A stretch of 64,000 nucleotides of DNA from Thermoanaerobaculia bacterium (GCA_044226625.1 JBGAGQ010000004.1:128001-192000); one strand, 5' to 3'. Numbered from the stretch's first letter, positions 9,212-18,871 are shown. A program made the numbers and translations. Notes: generated from the sequence alone by a model not told the origin.

Positions 9212-10381
9212 TCAGGCCGTCGCCCGTTTCTCCTCCCGTTCGAGCAACCGCGCTTTCCGTTCGGCTCCCCAGCGGTATCCGCCGCGGGCGCCGTCGCCGC
9301 GGACGACGCGGTGGCAAGGGATCACCAGGGCGGCCGGATTGTTGGCGCAGGCGGTTCCCACCGCGCGCGACGCTCCCGGGCTGCCGATCGCCGCGGCGAT
9401 CTCGCCGTAGGTCCGGGTCTCCCCGCGAGGGATCTTCCGAAGCTCGCGCCACACGCGGAAGGCGAACGCGCTCGCCCGCAGCGTGACGAGATCGAGGGGC
9501 AGCTCGGACAGATCGGCGCTCGCCCCTTCCAGCGCGGCGAGGACCGGCGCGACCCAGGCGCCGAGATCGGAATCGGCGCGATCGCTCTCGTCGACGATCT
9601 CCGCGTTGGGGTACTCCCGGCGCAGCTCGGCTTCGAGCTCCTCTCCCGAATCGCCTAGCGCCACCGCGGCGACGCCGCGTTCGGTGGCGGCGAGCAGCAC
9701 CCGTCCCAGGGTCGATTCGGCGATCGTGAATCGGAGACGGATCCCCTCTCCTCCCCGTCGATACGCGCCAGGGGGCATTCCGAGGCGGCCGTCCGCCTGC
9801 TCGTAGAGCCGGCTCGAGCCGCTGTAGCCGGCGTCGTACAGCGCTCCGGTGACGGATTCCGCCGAACGGAGGTTCCCCTTGAGCTTGGCGGCCCGCCGTG
9901 CGGCCAGGTACTCCCGCGGCGAGATTCCGGCGACGCGCAGGAACGTCCGTTGAAGGTGCGAAGGGCTCGAGCCGGTTTCGCTCGCGAGGCGGGCGAGCGT
10001 GGGGGGCTCGGCCTCCGAGTCTTCCGCGGCCCGATCGAGCAGGGCGCGCACCCGCTGCGTCAAATCGAGATCGCTCGCGACCTCACCCGGCCGGCAACGG
10101 AGGCAGGCGCGAAATCCCGCGGCGAGCGCATCCGAGGGCTCGGGGAAGAAGCTGACCCGCTCCCGAAGCGGCCGGCGGGAAGGACAGGAGGGGCGACAGA
10201 AAATGCCGGTCGACGAGACGGCGAAGACGAAGCGGCCGTCTTGCCCCCTGTCGCGGGCGACGACCGCCGACCAGGCGGCTTCCTCGTCGAGCGCGGCGGC
10301 ACGCGCCCCGGGCGTGGGCGATTTCTGGTTCGATTTCGGGTGCATCGGGCGGCTCATCGGTACGGCGGTCGAGTTCCACAT
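9212..10381 (-). CDS. ada: Bifunctional transcriptional activator / O6-methylguanine-DNA methyltransferase Ada
   Basis: Zn site CRPSC...CLRC, AraC-like HTH, C-terminal IPCHRV active site; AAGGAG RBS. Confidence 0.93.
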   Translation of the reverse strand: MWNSTAVPMSRPMHPKSNQKSPTPGARAAALDEEAAWSAVVARDRGQDGRFVFAVSSTGIFCRPSCPSRRPLRERVSFFPEPSDALAAGFRACLRCRPGEVASDLDLTQRVRALLDRAAEDSEAEPPTLARLASETGSSPSHLQRTFLRVAGISPREYLAARRAAKLKGNLRSAESVTGALYDAGYSGSSRLYEQADGRLGMPPGAYRRGGEGIRLRFTIAESTLGRVLLAATERGVAAVALGDSGEELEAELRREYPNAEIVDESDRADSDLGAWVAPVLAALEGASADLSELPLDLVTLRASAFAFRVWRELRKIPRGETRTYGEIAAAIGSPGASRAVGTACANNPAALVIPCHRVVRGDGARGGYRWGAERKARLLEREEKRATA

Positions 10382-10563
10382 GTCGGCGTCTCCTTAGATC
10401 CTGGCGCAGGATGCCGCGGAACGCCAAGGCGTCGCACTCCGAAACTTGTCGTCAAACCGCCAACCCCCGGAGGTGGTCCGATCACCGGCTCGACGGGCTA
10501 CCATTGTGCCGACGGCCTGCCGCGCGGACCCGTCCGCAGGGTGGCAGAGAAGGAGTCTCCAAC

Positions 10564-11589
10564 ATGAAGCCCCACCCCATCGGACTCATGGGGCTCGGGA
10601 GGATCGGACGCAACCTGGCCCGGATCCTCTACTCGAGCGACGAATTTCCCATCGCCGCGATCAGCGACATCGCCGATCACGCGGCGCTCGCCTATCTGCT
10701 CCGTTTCGACACGTTGCTGGGGGTCTTTCCGGAGCCGGTCTCCCTGGGCGCCGACGGCCGGCTCGATCTCGCCGGACGAAGCGTCCCGATGCTCTCGGGA
10801 GAGAAGCCGGGGGACGTCCCCTGGGGCGACCTCGGGGTCGAGACGGTGATCGAGGCGACCTCGAAATACCGTTCCCGGGGGGAGATCGAGAAGCACCTCG
10901 AGCGGGGCGCCAAGCGGGTCATCCTCTGCTCGCCGCCGGCCGATCCGCCGGACCTCACGGTCGTCGTCGGCGTCAACGACGGCGAGCTCCGCCGCGAGCA
11001 CCGGATCGTCTCGAACGCTTCCTCGACCGCCCATGCCGCGGCGCCGCTGCTCGAGATCCTCGGCGACGCGTTCGGCATCGAGCGGGCGTTCCTCTCGACC
11101 GTCCACGCCTTGAGCAACCGGCAACGTCTGGCCGACGTCCCCTCCGACGATCCGCGCCGCGGGCGCGCCGCGGCGGAGAACATCATCCCGCAGAGCAGCA
11201 ACTCGGCCGAGGTGCTGGTCGGCCTCCTCCCCTCGCTCGCCGGGAAGATCACGGGCATGGCGATGAACGTCCCGGTCGCGAACGGCTCGATCGTCGACCT
11301 CGTCTGTTGGCACGAAAAGCCGGTCACCGTGGCGGCGATCAACGACGCGCTGCGTTCGGCCGCCGCGAGCGAGCGTTGGCGGGGCATCTTGGCCTACGAA
11401 GAGGATCCGATCGTATCCTCCGACATCTTGAAGAGCACCTACTCCTCCACCTACGACTCGCTGCTCACCATGGTGCTGGGCGAGAAAGTCTCGAAAACCC
11501 TGGCCTGGTTCGACAACGGTTGGGGATACGCGCACCGGGTCATCGACCTGCTGCGCAAGTTCCGCGCGCTCGACGGCGAGGAAGGTTGA
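10564..11589 (+). CDS. GAPDH-like protein lacking the catalytic cysteine (probable pseudoenzyme)
   Basis: Full-length type I GAPDH fold (GLGRIGR, ENIIP, WFDNGWGY), but NASSTAH replaces NASCTTNC. AAGGAG RBS before ATG 10564. Confidence 0.88.
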   Translation: MKPHPIGLMGLGRIGRNLARILYSSDEFPIAAISDIADHAALAYLLRFDTLLGVFPEPVSLGADGRLDLAGRSVPMLSGEKPGDVPWGDLGVETVIEATSKYRSRGEIEKHLERGAKRVILCSPPADPPDLTVVVGVNDGELRREHRIVSNASSTAHAAAPLLEILGDAFGIERAFLSTVHALSNRQRLADVPSDDPRRGRAAAENIIPQSSNSAEVLVGLLPSLAGKITGMAMNVPVANGSIVDLVCWHEKPVTVAAINDALRSAAASERWRGILAYEEDPIVSSDILKSTYSSTYDSLLTMVLGEKVSKTLAWFDNGWGYAHRVIDLLRKFRALDGEEG

Positions 11590-11594
11590 ACGAC

Positions 11595-12623
11595 ATGGAC
11601 AGCGCCACGCACCGCTCGCCCACCCGCATCGGTATCAACGGCTTCGGACGCATCGGCCGGAGCGTCTTTCGCATCCTCTCCGACCGCGAGGATCTCGAGG
11701 TGGTCGCGATCAACGACCTCTACGAGAACGAGCAGCTCGCCTATCTCTTGAAATATGACTCCCTGATGCGCACCTTCCCGCGCGCGGTGAAGACCGACGA
11801 CGATTTCCTCTACGTCGACGATCGGAAGATCGCGATGACCGCGGAAAAGGATCCGGCGCAGATTCCCTGGGCCGGGCTGGGCGTCGATCTGGTGATCGAG
11901 TCGTCGGGCGTCTTCACCAAACGGGAGAAGCTCGAGAAGCACCTGACGGCGGGAGCGAAGAAGGTGGTCCTCACCGTTCCGGCGAAGGACGAGATCGACG
12001 CCACGATCGTCGTCGGCGTGAACGACGACACGCTGCTCCCCTCGCACCGGATCGTCTCGAACGCCTCGTGCACCACCAACTGCCTGGCGCCGATCGCCAA
12101 GATCCTCGACGACTCGTTCGGCATCGTCGAAGGCTTCCTGACCACGGTGCACGCCTACACCAACGACCAGCGTCTCGCCGACGTCCCCCACAAGGATTTT
12201 CGCCGTAGCCGGGCGGCGACCCAGAACATCATCCCGACGACCACCGGCGCCGCGCGCGCGGTGGGAAAGGTCCTGCCGAAGCTCAAGGGCAAGCTCGACG
12301 GTCTCGCCATGCGCGTGCCGGTGCCCGACGGATCGACGATCGATTTCGTCTGCCGTCTGAACGCGAGGCCGAACGTCGCGGACGTCAACGCGGCGGTGCG
12401 GACGGCGGCCGAGGGCTCCTTCCTCCGGCTGGTCGAATACAGCGAGGTGCCTCTGGTTTCCTCCGACATCATCGGCAACCCGCACTCGTCGATCTTCGAC
12501 GCCCTCTCCACCCAGGCGACCGGCGACGGCTTCGCGAAGGTCGTCGCCTGGTACGACAACGAATGGGGCTATTCGAACCGCCTGGTCGACCTGATCGACC
12601 GGATGGTGGCGGTGGGAGGCTAG
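11595..12623 (+). CDS. gap: Type I glyceraldehyde-3-phosphate dehydrogenase
   Basis: INGFGRIGR, NASCTTNCLAP, TVHAYT, TTTGAA, MRVP, WYDNEWGY. Confidence 0.96.
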   Translation: MDSATHRSPTRIGINGFGRIGRSVFRILSDREDLEVVAINDLYENEQLAYLLKYDSLMRTFPRAVKTDDDFLYVDDRKIAMTAEKDPAQIPWAGLGVDLVIESSGVFTKREKLEKHLTAGAKKVVLTVPAKDEIDATIVVGVNDDTLLPSHRIVSNASCTTNCLAPIAKILDDSFGIVEGFLTTVHAYTNDQRLADVPHKDFRRSRAATQNIIPTTTGAARAVGKVLPKLKGKLDGLAMRVPVPDGSTIDFVCRLNARPNVADVNAAVRTAAEGSFLRLVEYSEVPLVSSDIIGNPHSSIFDALSTQATGDGFAKVVAWYDNEWGYSNRLVDLIDRMVAVGG

Positions 12624-12668
12624 CCGGCCGCCCACCGCGATGCCGGCCCGGCGCGGACTACGGCCGGC

Positions 12669-13235
12669 CTACCGCCGGGCGACCGAGGTGCCCGGCTTGG
12701 CGCCGCCGAGGAGCCGGATTTGCTCGTCGATCGCCTTCGTCAGTTGCGCGCCCGCGGAGGATCCCCAGTCAATCTGCTGGTGGGCGATGCGCCCCTTGCC
12801 GTCGATCACGAAGTAAGTGGGAAATCCCTGGACGCCGTACGCGCGGCGCAGCTTGCCCTCACCATCCCAAACCTGCGTAGCGGGTGAGGGGTTGGCTTCG
12901 AGGAACAGGCGAAGCGTCGCGAGCGTCTGGTCCCCGCTCACGGAGATCATCGTGAACTTCGCCGGGTCGTACCGCCGGACGATCGCGTCGAGCTGCGGCA
13001 ACGCCGCGCGGCATGGACCGCACCAGGTGGCCCAAAAGTCGAGCAGGACGACTTTTCCCGCCAAATCTTTGGCGTGAATCAGATGCCCGTCGACGGTCGC
13101 AAACTCGAGCGTCGGAGCCGGGATCAGGGCGGGGGCCGGGGCGGCGGCCGGTTCCGCGCCGCGCGCCTCCGCCGGCGTCACTCCCGCCCAGATCGCGAGC
13201 GTAGCGGCGAAGCAGGCGGCCGTGAGTGCTCTCAC
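12669..13235 (-). CDS. TlpA/ResA-like thiol-disulfide oxidoreductase
   Basis: Signal peptide, DFWATWCGPC, cis-Pro loop GFPT. Confidence 0.9.
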   Translation of the reverse strand: MRALTAACFAATLAIWAGVTPAEARGAEPAAAPAPALIPAPTLEFATVDGHLIHAKDLAGKVVLLDFWATWCGPCRAALPQLDAIVRRYDPAKFTMISVSGDQTLATLRLFLEANPSPATQVWDGEGKLRRAYGVQGFPTYFVIDGKGRIAHQQIDWGSSAGAQLTKAIDEQIRLLGGAKPGTSVARR

Positions 13236-13768
13236 GCCTTGCTCCGGCCGGCCGCGAGCTTGCCGAGCTCCGCCGTTATCGCCCGGTCGAGATCCGGTCC
13301 GTACCCGTCGCGCCAGCCGTAGAGGGTGTAGACCACTCGCCCCTCGGGATCGATCAACAGATGGGTCGGCAGGCCCTGGACGTTGAACTGCGCGCTCAGC
13401 TGACCTCGTCCGTCCCAGACCTGATGTGACATCGGCGGATGCTGGGTGAGGAAACGCCGCACCGGCTCCTCACTCGAGTCGGCGCTGATCGAGATCCGGG
13501 CGAACGGCTTACCGGAGAGGCGTTGGGTGATCGCCTCCACTTCCGGCCGCGATTTCGCGCAGTAGCCGCACCAGGTCGCCCAGAAATCGACCAGCACGAC
13601 CTTGCCGGCGAAATCCTTCGGACCGATCTCCTTGCCGTCGATCGTGCGGAACTGGAGCGTCGGGGCCGGGTAGGGCTGGACGGCCGAAGTCCGAGTCGGA
13701 GCGGCGTCCGCGGCGAAGGCCAGCAACGCGAGGCCGCAGGCGGCGAACAGGGCATAGATTCGTTTCAC
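13232..13768 (-). CDS. TlpA/ResA-like thiol-disulfide oxidoreductase (tandem paralogue)
   Basis: GTG 13768 with GAAGGAG RBS, signal peptide, DFWATWCGYC, GLPT; 4-nt overlap with the downstream paralogue. Confidence 0.9.
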   Translation of the reverse strand: MKRIYALFAACGLALLAFAADAAPTRTSAVQPYPAPTLQFRTIDGKEIGPKDFAGKVVLVDFWATWCGYCAKSRPEVEAITQRLSGKPFARISISADSSEEPVRRFLTQHPPMSHQVWDGRGQLSAQFNVQGLPTHLLIDPEGRVVYTLYGWRDGYGPDLDRAITAELGKLAAGRSKA

Positions 13769-13969
13769 GATCTCTCCTTCGAGTCCCAACGGTCCGAGAG
13801 GCGGTCGGCCAAAGCGGCGTGTCTCGACCGAACGGCGGGCCAAGCTGCAAACCGCATGCACGGCTTTCGTGGCGGTGCTAGGCTCTACTCCCAACCCGAT
13901 CGAGAACCCTACCCTTCCCGGTCCAGCTCCTCCATCCCTCCCTTTCCTCTATCGAGGCAACGAGCGAAT

Positions 13970-15010
13970 ATGGCCGACGCACCCCGATTCCGGGTCCAAT
14001 CCCAGTTTCTACAGCAGGTCCGCGCCAGATTCGGCAAGCTGGCCCGATGGGTCCTGCTCCTCATCATCCCTCTCGTGCTGCTGCGCGCCTGCCTGGTCAC
14101 GTACGTACCGCCCGACCAGATCGGCGTCCGGCAGATCGCGTTCGGTGTGACCAAGGGCCTACAGAAGGAAGCGGTCTATCCCGGCTGGCGCCGCGAGGTT
14201 TCCGGCTTCGAGCGGATCGAGACCTTTCCCCGCAACATCCAGGTGGTCGAGTTCACCAACAACTCTCAAGAGACGTCGGAAGGCCATCGCCAGATGGCGG
14301 CGATCCGCGTGCCGACGGTGGACGGCTATCCGGTCGACATCGACGTGACGGTCCAGTTCCGGATCGCCGATCCGTATCTGGTCGTCTCGAAGTTCGGCTT
14401 CGGCAAGAACTACGAGGACGCCGCGGTGGTTCGCCTGACCGATCCGCTCGCCAAGCAATATCTCGGCGACTTGCTCGCCGAAGAGTTCTATAAGCACGCG
14501 CGCCTAAACAAGGTGAAGTCGCTCAAGGCCGCGCTCCAAGAGCGCCTGAAGGCGAACGGCCTGCACCTGGTCGACGTGCTGGTTCGCCAGTACGACTATC
14601 CCGAGACGTTCCAAACCCTCACCGAGCAGCGCAAGCTCCAAGATCAATCGGTCCTCACCAACCGCGAGCTCGCCAAGCAAGCGGAGGTGCAGACGCGGTT
14701 GAACCAGGTGATCGCCCAGGGACAGAACCTGGTCAACGTCGAGACGGCCAAATTCGAGGCGCAGATCACCGAGATCAACGCCAAGAAGGACCTCTACGAG
14801 CGGCAGAAGCACGCCGAGGCCGACCTGCTGGTCAAATCGGCGGAGGCGAGCGGGACCGAGGCGATCAACCGCGCGCTCGAAGGCTCGGGCTCGTCGAAGC
14901 TGCTGCGCCTGCGGCGCGGCCTTGCGCTCCTCGACGCGATTCATGGGCCGATCTACATCACCGAAGATCCGACCAACCTCGACAAATACGTCGGCGGGAA
15001 CCAGAAATGA
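13970..15010 (+). CDS. SPFH/Band-7 domain membrane protein
   Basis: N-terminal TM, 'YVPPDQIGVR', 'TVDGYPVDIDVTVQFRI', C-terminal Ala/Glu/Lys/Gln coiled coil. Confidence 0.85.
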   Translation: MADAPRFRVQSQFLQQVRARFGKLARWVLLLIIPLVLLRACLVTYVPPDQIGVRQIAFGVTKGLQKEAVYPGWRREVSGFERIETFPRNIQVVEFTNNSQETSEGHRQMAAIRVPTVDGYPVDIDVTVQFRIADPYLVVSKFGFGKNYEDAAVVRLTDPLAKQYLGDLLAEEFYKHARLNKVKSLKAALQERLKANGLHLVDVLVRQYDYPETFQTLTEQRKLQDQSVLTNRELAKQAEVQTRLNQVIAQGQNLVNVETAKFEAQITEINAKKDLYERQKHAEADLLVKSAEASGTEAINRALEGSGSSKLLRLRRGLALLDAIHGPIYITEDPTNLDKYVGGNQK

Positions 15011-16077
15011 AACGGCTCTCCAACCTCTCCGCCCGCCCGCTCGGCTCCGGTCTCGCGCTCGCCGCGCTGCTCCTCCCGCTCGCTCTGGCCGGTTGCGTTC
15101 CGTCCCATACCGGAGCCACGGAAGTCGGCGTTCGGTTCAACAAGCTCACCGGTAGCTATTCCGAATACCCTCCGGGCGCCACCTACTTCTTCGTCCCGGT
15201 CGTCGGGGACTGGCAGGTGTTCGACATCTCGCTCCGGAACCTCGCGATGACGGCCGACGCGAAGTCCGGCGACCGCACGGGCAAGGACGACCTGCGCTTC
15301 AAGACTCGGGACGGCAACGACATCGAGACCGACGTGACGATCCGCTGGCGCATCGATCCGACCAAGGCCGCCTACGTCTGGAAATTCGTCGCGGGCTCGA
15401 CCAACGAGGTCGAGGAGCGCCTGGTCCGGCCGCAGGCCAGGACCTACATCCGCGACGTGCTGAACCGGCTCGACTCCGAAGAGTTCTACAACCCGACCAA
15501 GCGGTTCGCTGCCGCCAACGATGCGACGCGAATCCTCGCCGCCCATCTAGAGCCATATGGCGTGTTGGTCGAACAGGTGCTGCTCGGCGACTTCCAGTTC
15601 AAGCCGGAGTATCAGGCGCTGATCAACAAGCGGAAAGAAGCCGAAAAGCAGGCCGAGAAACTCGAGTCCGAGATCAAGGCGACCGCCCAGTTGAATCAGG
15701 CGAACCTCCAGGCGAAGATCGCCGAGCTGACCGAGAAGCTCACGCGCGCGGACGGCGAATACCAGCAAGCCCAGAAGGCGGCCGACGCCTATCTCGTCCA
15801 GCGCCAACAAGAAGCGACCGCCACGCTCGCCGAAAAGAAGGCGACCGCCGAGGGAATCCGGCGCGAGCGCGATGCTCTGAACGGCAGCGCCGGCGACGCC
15901 TACGTCAACCTCCAGCTGATCGACGCGCTGCGCAAGAAAGAGCTGCGGCAGATTCCGAAGCTCCCCGGCGGCAACACGATCATCGACGGCAACCGGCTGC
16001 TCGAACAGCTCGGCCTGATCCGCTACGCGGAGCGTGCCGAAAGCGCGGCGACCGAGAGCTCGGAGCCGCCACGATAG
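15007..16077 (+). CDS. SPFH/Band-7 domain protein, probable lipoprotein
   Basis: Lipobox LALAGC, 'EVGVRFNK', 'TRDGNDIETDVTIRWRI', long coiled coil; ATGA overlap with the upstream gene. Confidence 0.85.
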   Translation: MKRLSNLSARPLGSGLALAALLLPLALAGCVPSHTGATEVGVRFNKLTGSYSEYPPGATYFFVPVVGDWQVFDISLRNLAMTADAKSGDRTGKDDLRFKTRDGNDIETDVTIRWRIDPTKAAYVWKFVAGSTNEVEERLVRPQARTYIRDVLNRLDSEEFYNPTKRFAAANDATRILAAHLEPYGVLVEQVLLGDFQFKPEYQALINKRKEAEKQAEKLESEIKATAQLNQANLQAKIAELTEKLTRADGEYQQAQKAADAYLVQRQQEATATLAEKKATAEGIRRERDALNGSAGDAYVNLQLIDALRKKELRQIPKLPGGNTIIDGNRLLEQLGLIRYAERAESAATESSEPPR

Positions 16078-16085
16078 GCACCGCC

Positions 16086-16775
16086 ATGATCAACCTCGCG
16101 GGCACGTCGTTCGATTTCGGCAACGTCCTGTTCGCCGTACTCCAGGAGTGCGAGCACCAGCGCCGCGCGCTCCTTCCCGCGGAGGCCGAAGGGAGGCTCC
16201 AGGAGATCGCGGCCCGCAAGCTCGCCGAGATCCGCGCGAGCTATGAAGAGGCAGGAGGGTTGCCGAGCTATTGGCAGATGCTCGAAAAGGAAGTGATGGT
16301 CGCAACCCTCCCCCAGTACATCAAGCACGCGATCGAGCAGACCCGTCTCGAGCAATCGAACTTCGACCTCTGGCGCCACGGCGACCCGGCCTCCCGGATG
16401 ATTTACGCGCTCGGCGGCCTGGTGATCGGCGGTCTGATCTGGTGGGCGCCGTTCATCCCGATCTACGAGAAATGGCTCGCGCCGGCGCTGGCGGGCATCG
16501 GATTCATCTATCCCGAGTTGCGCCGCTGGGTTTTCGAGCTACGCCACATCCGGATGCTGAATCGGCTGGTCGGCCACGCCGAGAAGTATCAAAAAGACCG
16601 TCGCCTGCACGCCTACTCGACGCAGAAGGAGCTCGACGAGGCGCTGGGCGCACTGGGTGGGCGAACCTCGTCCGCGGCGCCGAGCGCCGAGCCGGTGATT
16701 CCCATCCGTCCCTTCGATTCCCAGCCGTCAAACGGCGCCACGGCTTCGCGACCACCGGGGGAGAGGTCGCGATGA
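16086..16775 (+). CDS. Hypothetical membrane protein (2 central TM helices)
   Basis: Genome-typical codon usage, operon position, hydrophobic pair 'MIYALGGLVIGGLIWWAPFIP' and 'WLAPALAGIGFIYP'. Confidence 0.75.
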   Translation: MINLAGTSFDFGNVLFAVLQECEHQRRALLPAEAEGRLQEIAARKLAEIRASYEEAGGLPSYWQMLEKEVMVATLPQYIKHAIEQTRLEQSNFDLWRHGDPASRMIYALGGLVIGGLIWWAPFIPIYEKWLAPALAGIGFIYPELRRWVFELRHIRMLNRLVGHAEKYQKDRRLHAYSTQKELDEALGALGGRTSSAAPSAEPVIPIRPFDSQPSNGATASRPPGERSR

Positions 16776-17488
16776 GCGACGGCTGCATCGTCTGCGGCGA
16801 GCATGCCGGAGAGCATGCCGGCGATCTGGTACCGGCGGAGCTGGTTCGACCGGCGCTCGCCCGCTTGATCGCGACCGATCACCCCTCCTGGAGCCCCCAG
16901 AGCAGCGTTTGCGTCCAAGACCTCGCGCGCTATCAGGCGCGGCAGGCCGAGAGCCTGCTCGAGTCGGAGATCGGCGAGCTGACCGATCTCGAGCGCGAAG
17001 TCGTCTCGATGATCGAAAGCCAGAGCCTGCTTTCGGCCAGCCTTCGCGCCGACCGCGAGCCGGAGCTCTCGCTCGGGGATCGGGTCGCGGACCGGGTCGC
17101 GAAGTTCGGCGGCAGCTGGAAGTTCATCTTGAGCTTCGGCGCCCTTTTGGCCGTCTGGATCGCGATCAATTCGATCGTCCTGCTCGCCCGGCCGTTCGAT
17201 CCTTATCCGTTCATCCTGCTCAACCTGATCCTCTCCTGCATTGCGGCGCTCCAAGCTCCGGTGATCATGATGAGCCAGAACCGGCAAGAGGCCAAAGACC
17301 GGGCTCGCGCCGAAAACGACTATCAGGTCAACCTCAAGGCCGAGCTCGAGATCCGCCTGATCGCGAGCCGGATCGACCATCTGCTCCACCACCAGTGGAA
17401 GAAGCTGCTCGAGGTCCAGCAGATCCAGATCGACTTGATCGAGCAACTCGCGCGGACCCGGAAGCCGGACGAGGTGAAGACGCCGTGA
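16772..17488 (+). CDS. DUF1003 membrane protein
   Basis: 'GDRVADRVAKFGGSWKFI', 'FDPYPFILLNLILSCIAALQAPVIMMSQNRQ'; N-terminal CxxC; ATGA overlap. Confidence 0.9.
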   Translation: MSDGCIVCGEHAGEHAGDLVPAELVRPALARLIATDHPSWSPQSSVCVQDLARYQARQAESLLESEIGELTDLEREVVSMIESQSLLSASLRADREPELSLGDRVADRVAKFGGSWKFILSFGALLAVWIAINSIVLLARPFDPYPFILLNLILSCIAALQAPVIMMSQNRQEAKDRARAENDYQVNLKAELEIRLIASRIDHLLHHQWKKLLEVQQIQIDLIEQLARTRKPDEVKTP

Positions 17489-18633
17489 GCACCCCGGCCG
17501 ACCGGGATGCCGAGGCTGTCGCGCGGTATCTCCGCAACCTGCAGGCCGAGACCGACGGTGCCTTCCTCTATCGAGCCCTCGCCGAAGCCGAGGACGAGGC
17601 GGCGATCGCGGAGGTCTATCGCGGCATGGCCGACGCGGAAGAGCGCCATGCCGCGCTCTGGCGCGAAAAGCTCGAACGGTCGGGCTGGAAGGGCCCGTCG
17701 CCGCGGCCGAGCGGTCGCTCGCGCGTCCTCGCCTGGCTCGCCCGCAGGTTCGGACCGCGAATGATTCTCTCGACCGTGGTCGGTATGGAACGGGCGGACA
17801 TGGGCGGGTACCGCTCGCAAGCGGAAGCCGAAAGCGCCGGCCTCCCGGCCGAGGAGAAGCGGCACGGCCGGCTACTCGGCGAGATCCTTCGCGGCACGGC
17901 AGGAAGCGGTCTCGAAGGGGCGCAGGTCGCCCGTTACGAGCGGGGCCACCGGGCGGTCGGCGGCAACGCGCTGCGAGCCGCCGTCCTGGGCGCGAACGAC
18001 GGCCTGGTTTCGAACCTGAGCTTGGTGATGGGCGTCGCGGGGGCGAACCTTTCGAACCAAGCGATCCTGATCACGGGCCTCGCGGGGCTGCTCGCCGGAG
18101 CGATTTCGATGGCGCTCGGCGAATGGCTTTCGGTCCAGAGCTCCCGCGAGCTGTTCCTGCGCCAGATCGCGGTCGAGCGCGACGAACTCGCGGCCGATCC
18201 GGCCGGCGAGGCGGAAGAGCTCGCGCGGATCTATCGCCGCAAAGGGCTCGAGCCCGCCCAGGCGCGAGCGGTCGCCGACCGTTTGATGGCCGACCCGGAG
18301 TCGGCGCTCGATACCCTGGCGCGGGAAGAGCTCGGAGTCGACCCGGGAGAGCTCGGCGGCTCGGCCTGGGAAGCCGCGTTCACCTCGTTCGCGCTGTTCG
18401 CGGTGGGGGCGGTCGTACCCGTCGCGCCGTTCCTCGTCTCTTCCGGGCTCACGGCGGTCGGCGCGAGCCTGGCGGTCTCGGCGATCGGCCTGTTCGGGAT
18501 CGGCGCGGCGATCACTCTGTTGACCGGCCGGACCGTCCTCTTCTCCGGCAGTCGCCAGATGCTGTTCGGGCTCACCGCGGCGGCCGTGACCTTCGGCATC
18601 GGAAAGCTCATGGGGGTGGCGGTTTCAGGCTGA
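17485..18633 (+). CDS. Rubrerythrin/ferritin-like + VIT1/CCC1 metal transporter fusion
   Basis: N-terminal ExxH pairs (EERH, EKRH); VIT1 motif LRAAVLGANDGLVSNLSLVMGV and SMALGEWLSV; GTGA overlap. Confidence 0.9.
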   Translation: MSTPADRDAEAVARYLRNLQAETDGAFLYRALAEAEDEAAIAEVYRGMADAEERHAALWREKLERSGWKGPSPRPSGRSRVLAWLARRFGPRMILSTVVGMERADMGGYRSQAEAESAGLPAEEKRHGRLLGEILRGTAGSGLEGAQVARYERGHRAVGGNALRAAVLGANDGLVSNLSLVMGVAGANLSNQAILITGLAGLLAGAISMALGEWLSVQSSRELFLRQIAVERDELAADPAGEAEELARIYRRKGLEPAQARAVADRLMADPESALDTLAREELGVDPGELGGSAWEAAFTSFALFAVGAVVPVAPFLVSSGLTAVGASLAVSAIGLFGIGAAITLLTGRTVLFSGSRQMLFGLTAAAVTFGIGKLMGVAVSG

Positions 18634-18871
18634 GCGGCACTCATTTCACGCTCGACGCCCCACCTCGACGGCGACGTCTTCCAGGACCAAGCCCCGAAGT
18701 TGCAATTTTTCTGTAACGAAGGCCCGTACCGGAGCGCCCCTCTCCTTCGAGCCGCCTTCGACGCGCGATGAAGGATCCGCTGAAATCTCCTTCCGCGGCC
18801 GTCTAGTTGGGCGTGCGAGCCGCCGCCTTCGCGCGAGCCTTGCCGGCCCGCGCTTCGAGAGGAGAACCGCC

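Noticed and set aside
10564-11589. Calling the first GAPDH copy erythrose-4-phosphate dehydrogenase (Epd) or a pseudogene
   Set aside because: Epd retains the catalytic Cys. The ORF is intact with a good RBS and normal codon usage, so simple decay is not supported.
10446-12623. 725-aa ORF suggesting a fused or frameshifted double GAPDH
   Set aside because: The extension is an Arg/Gly-rich off-frame read of the upstream gene, as expected in GC-rich DNA. Each gene has its own start and stop, and I saw no slippery site.
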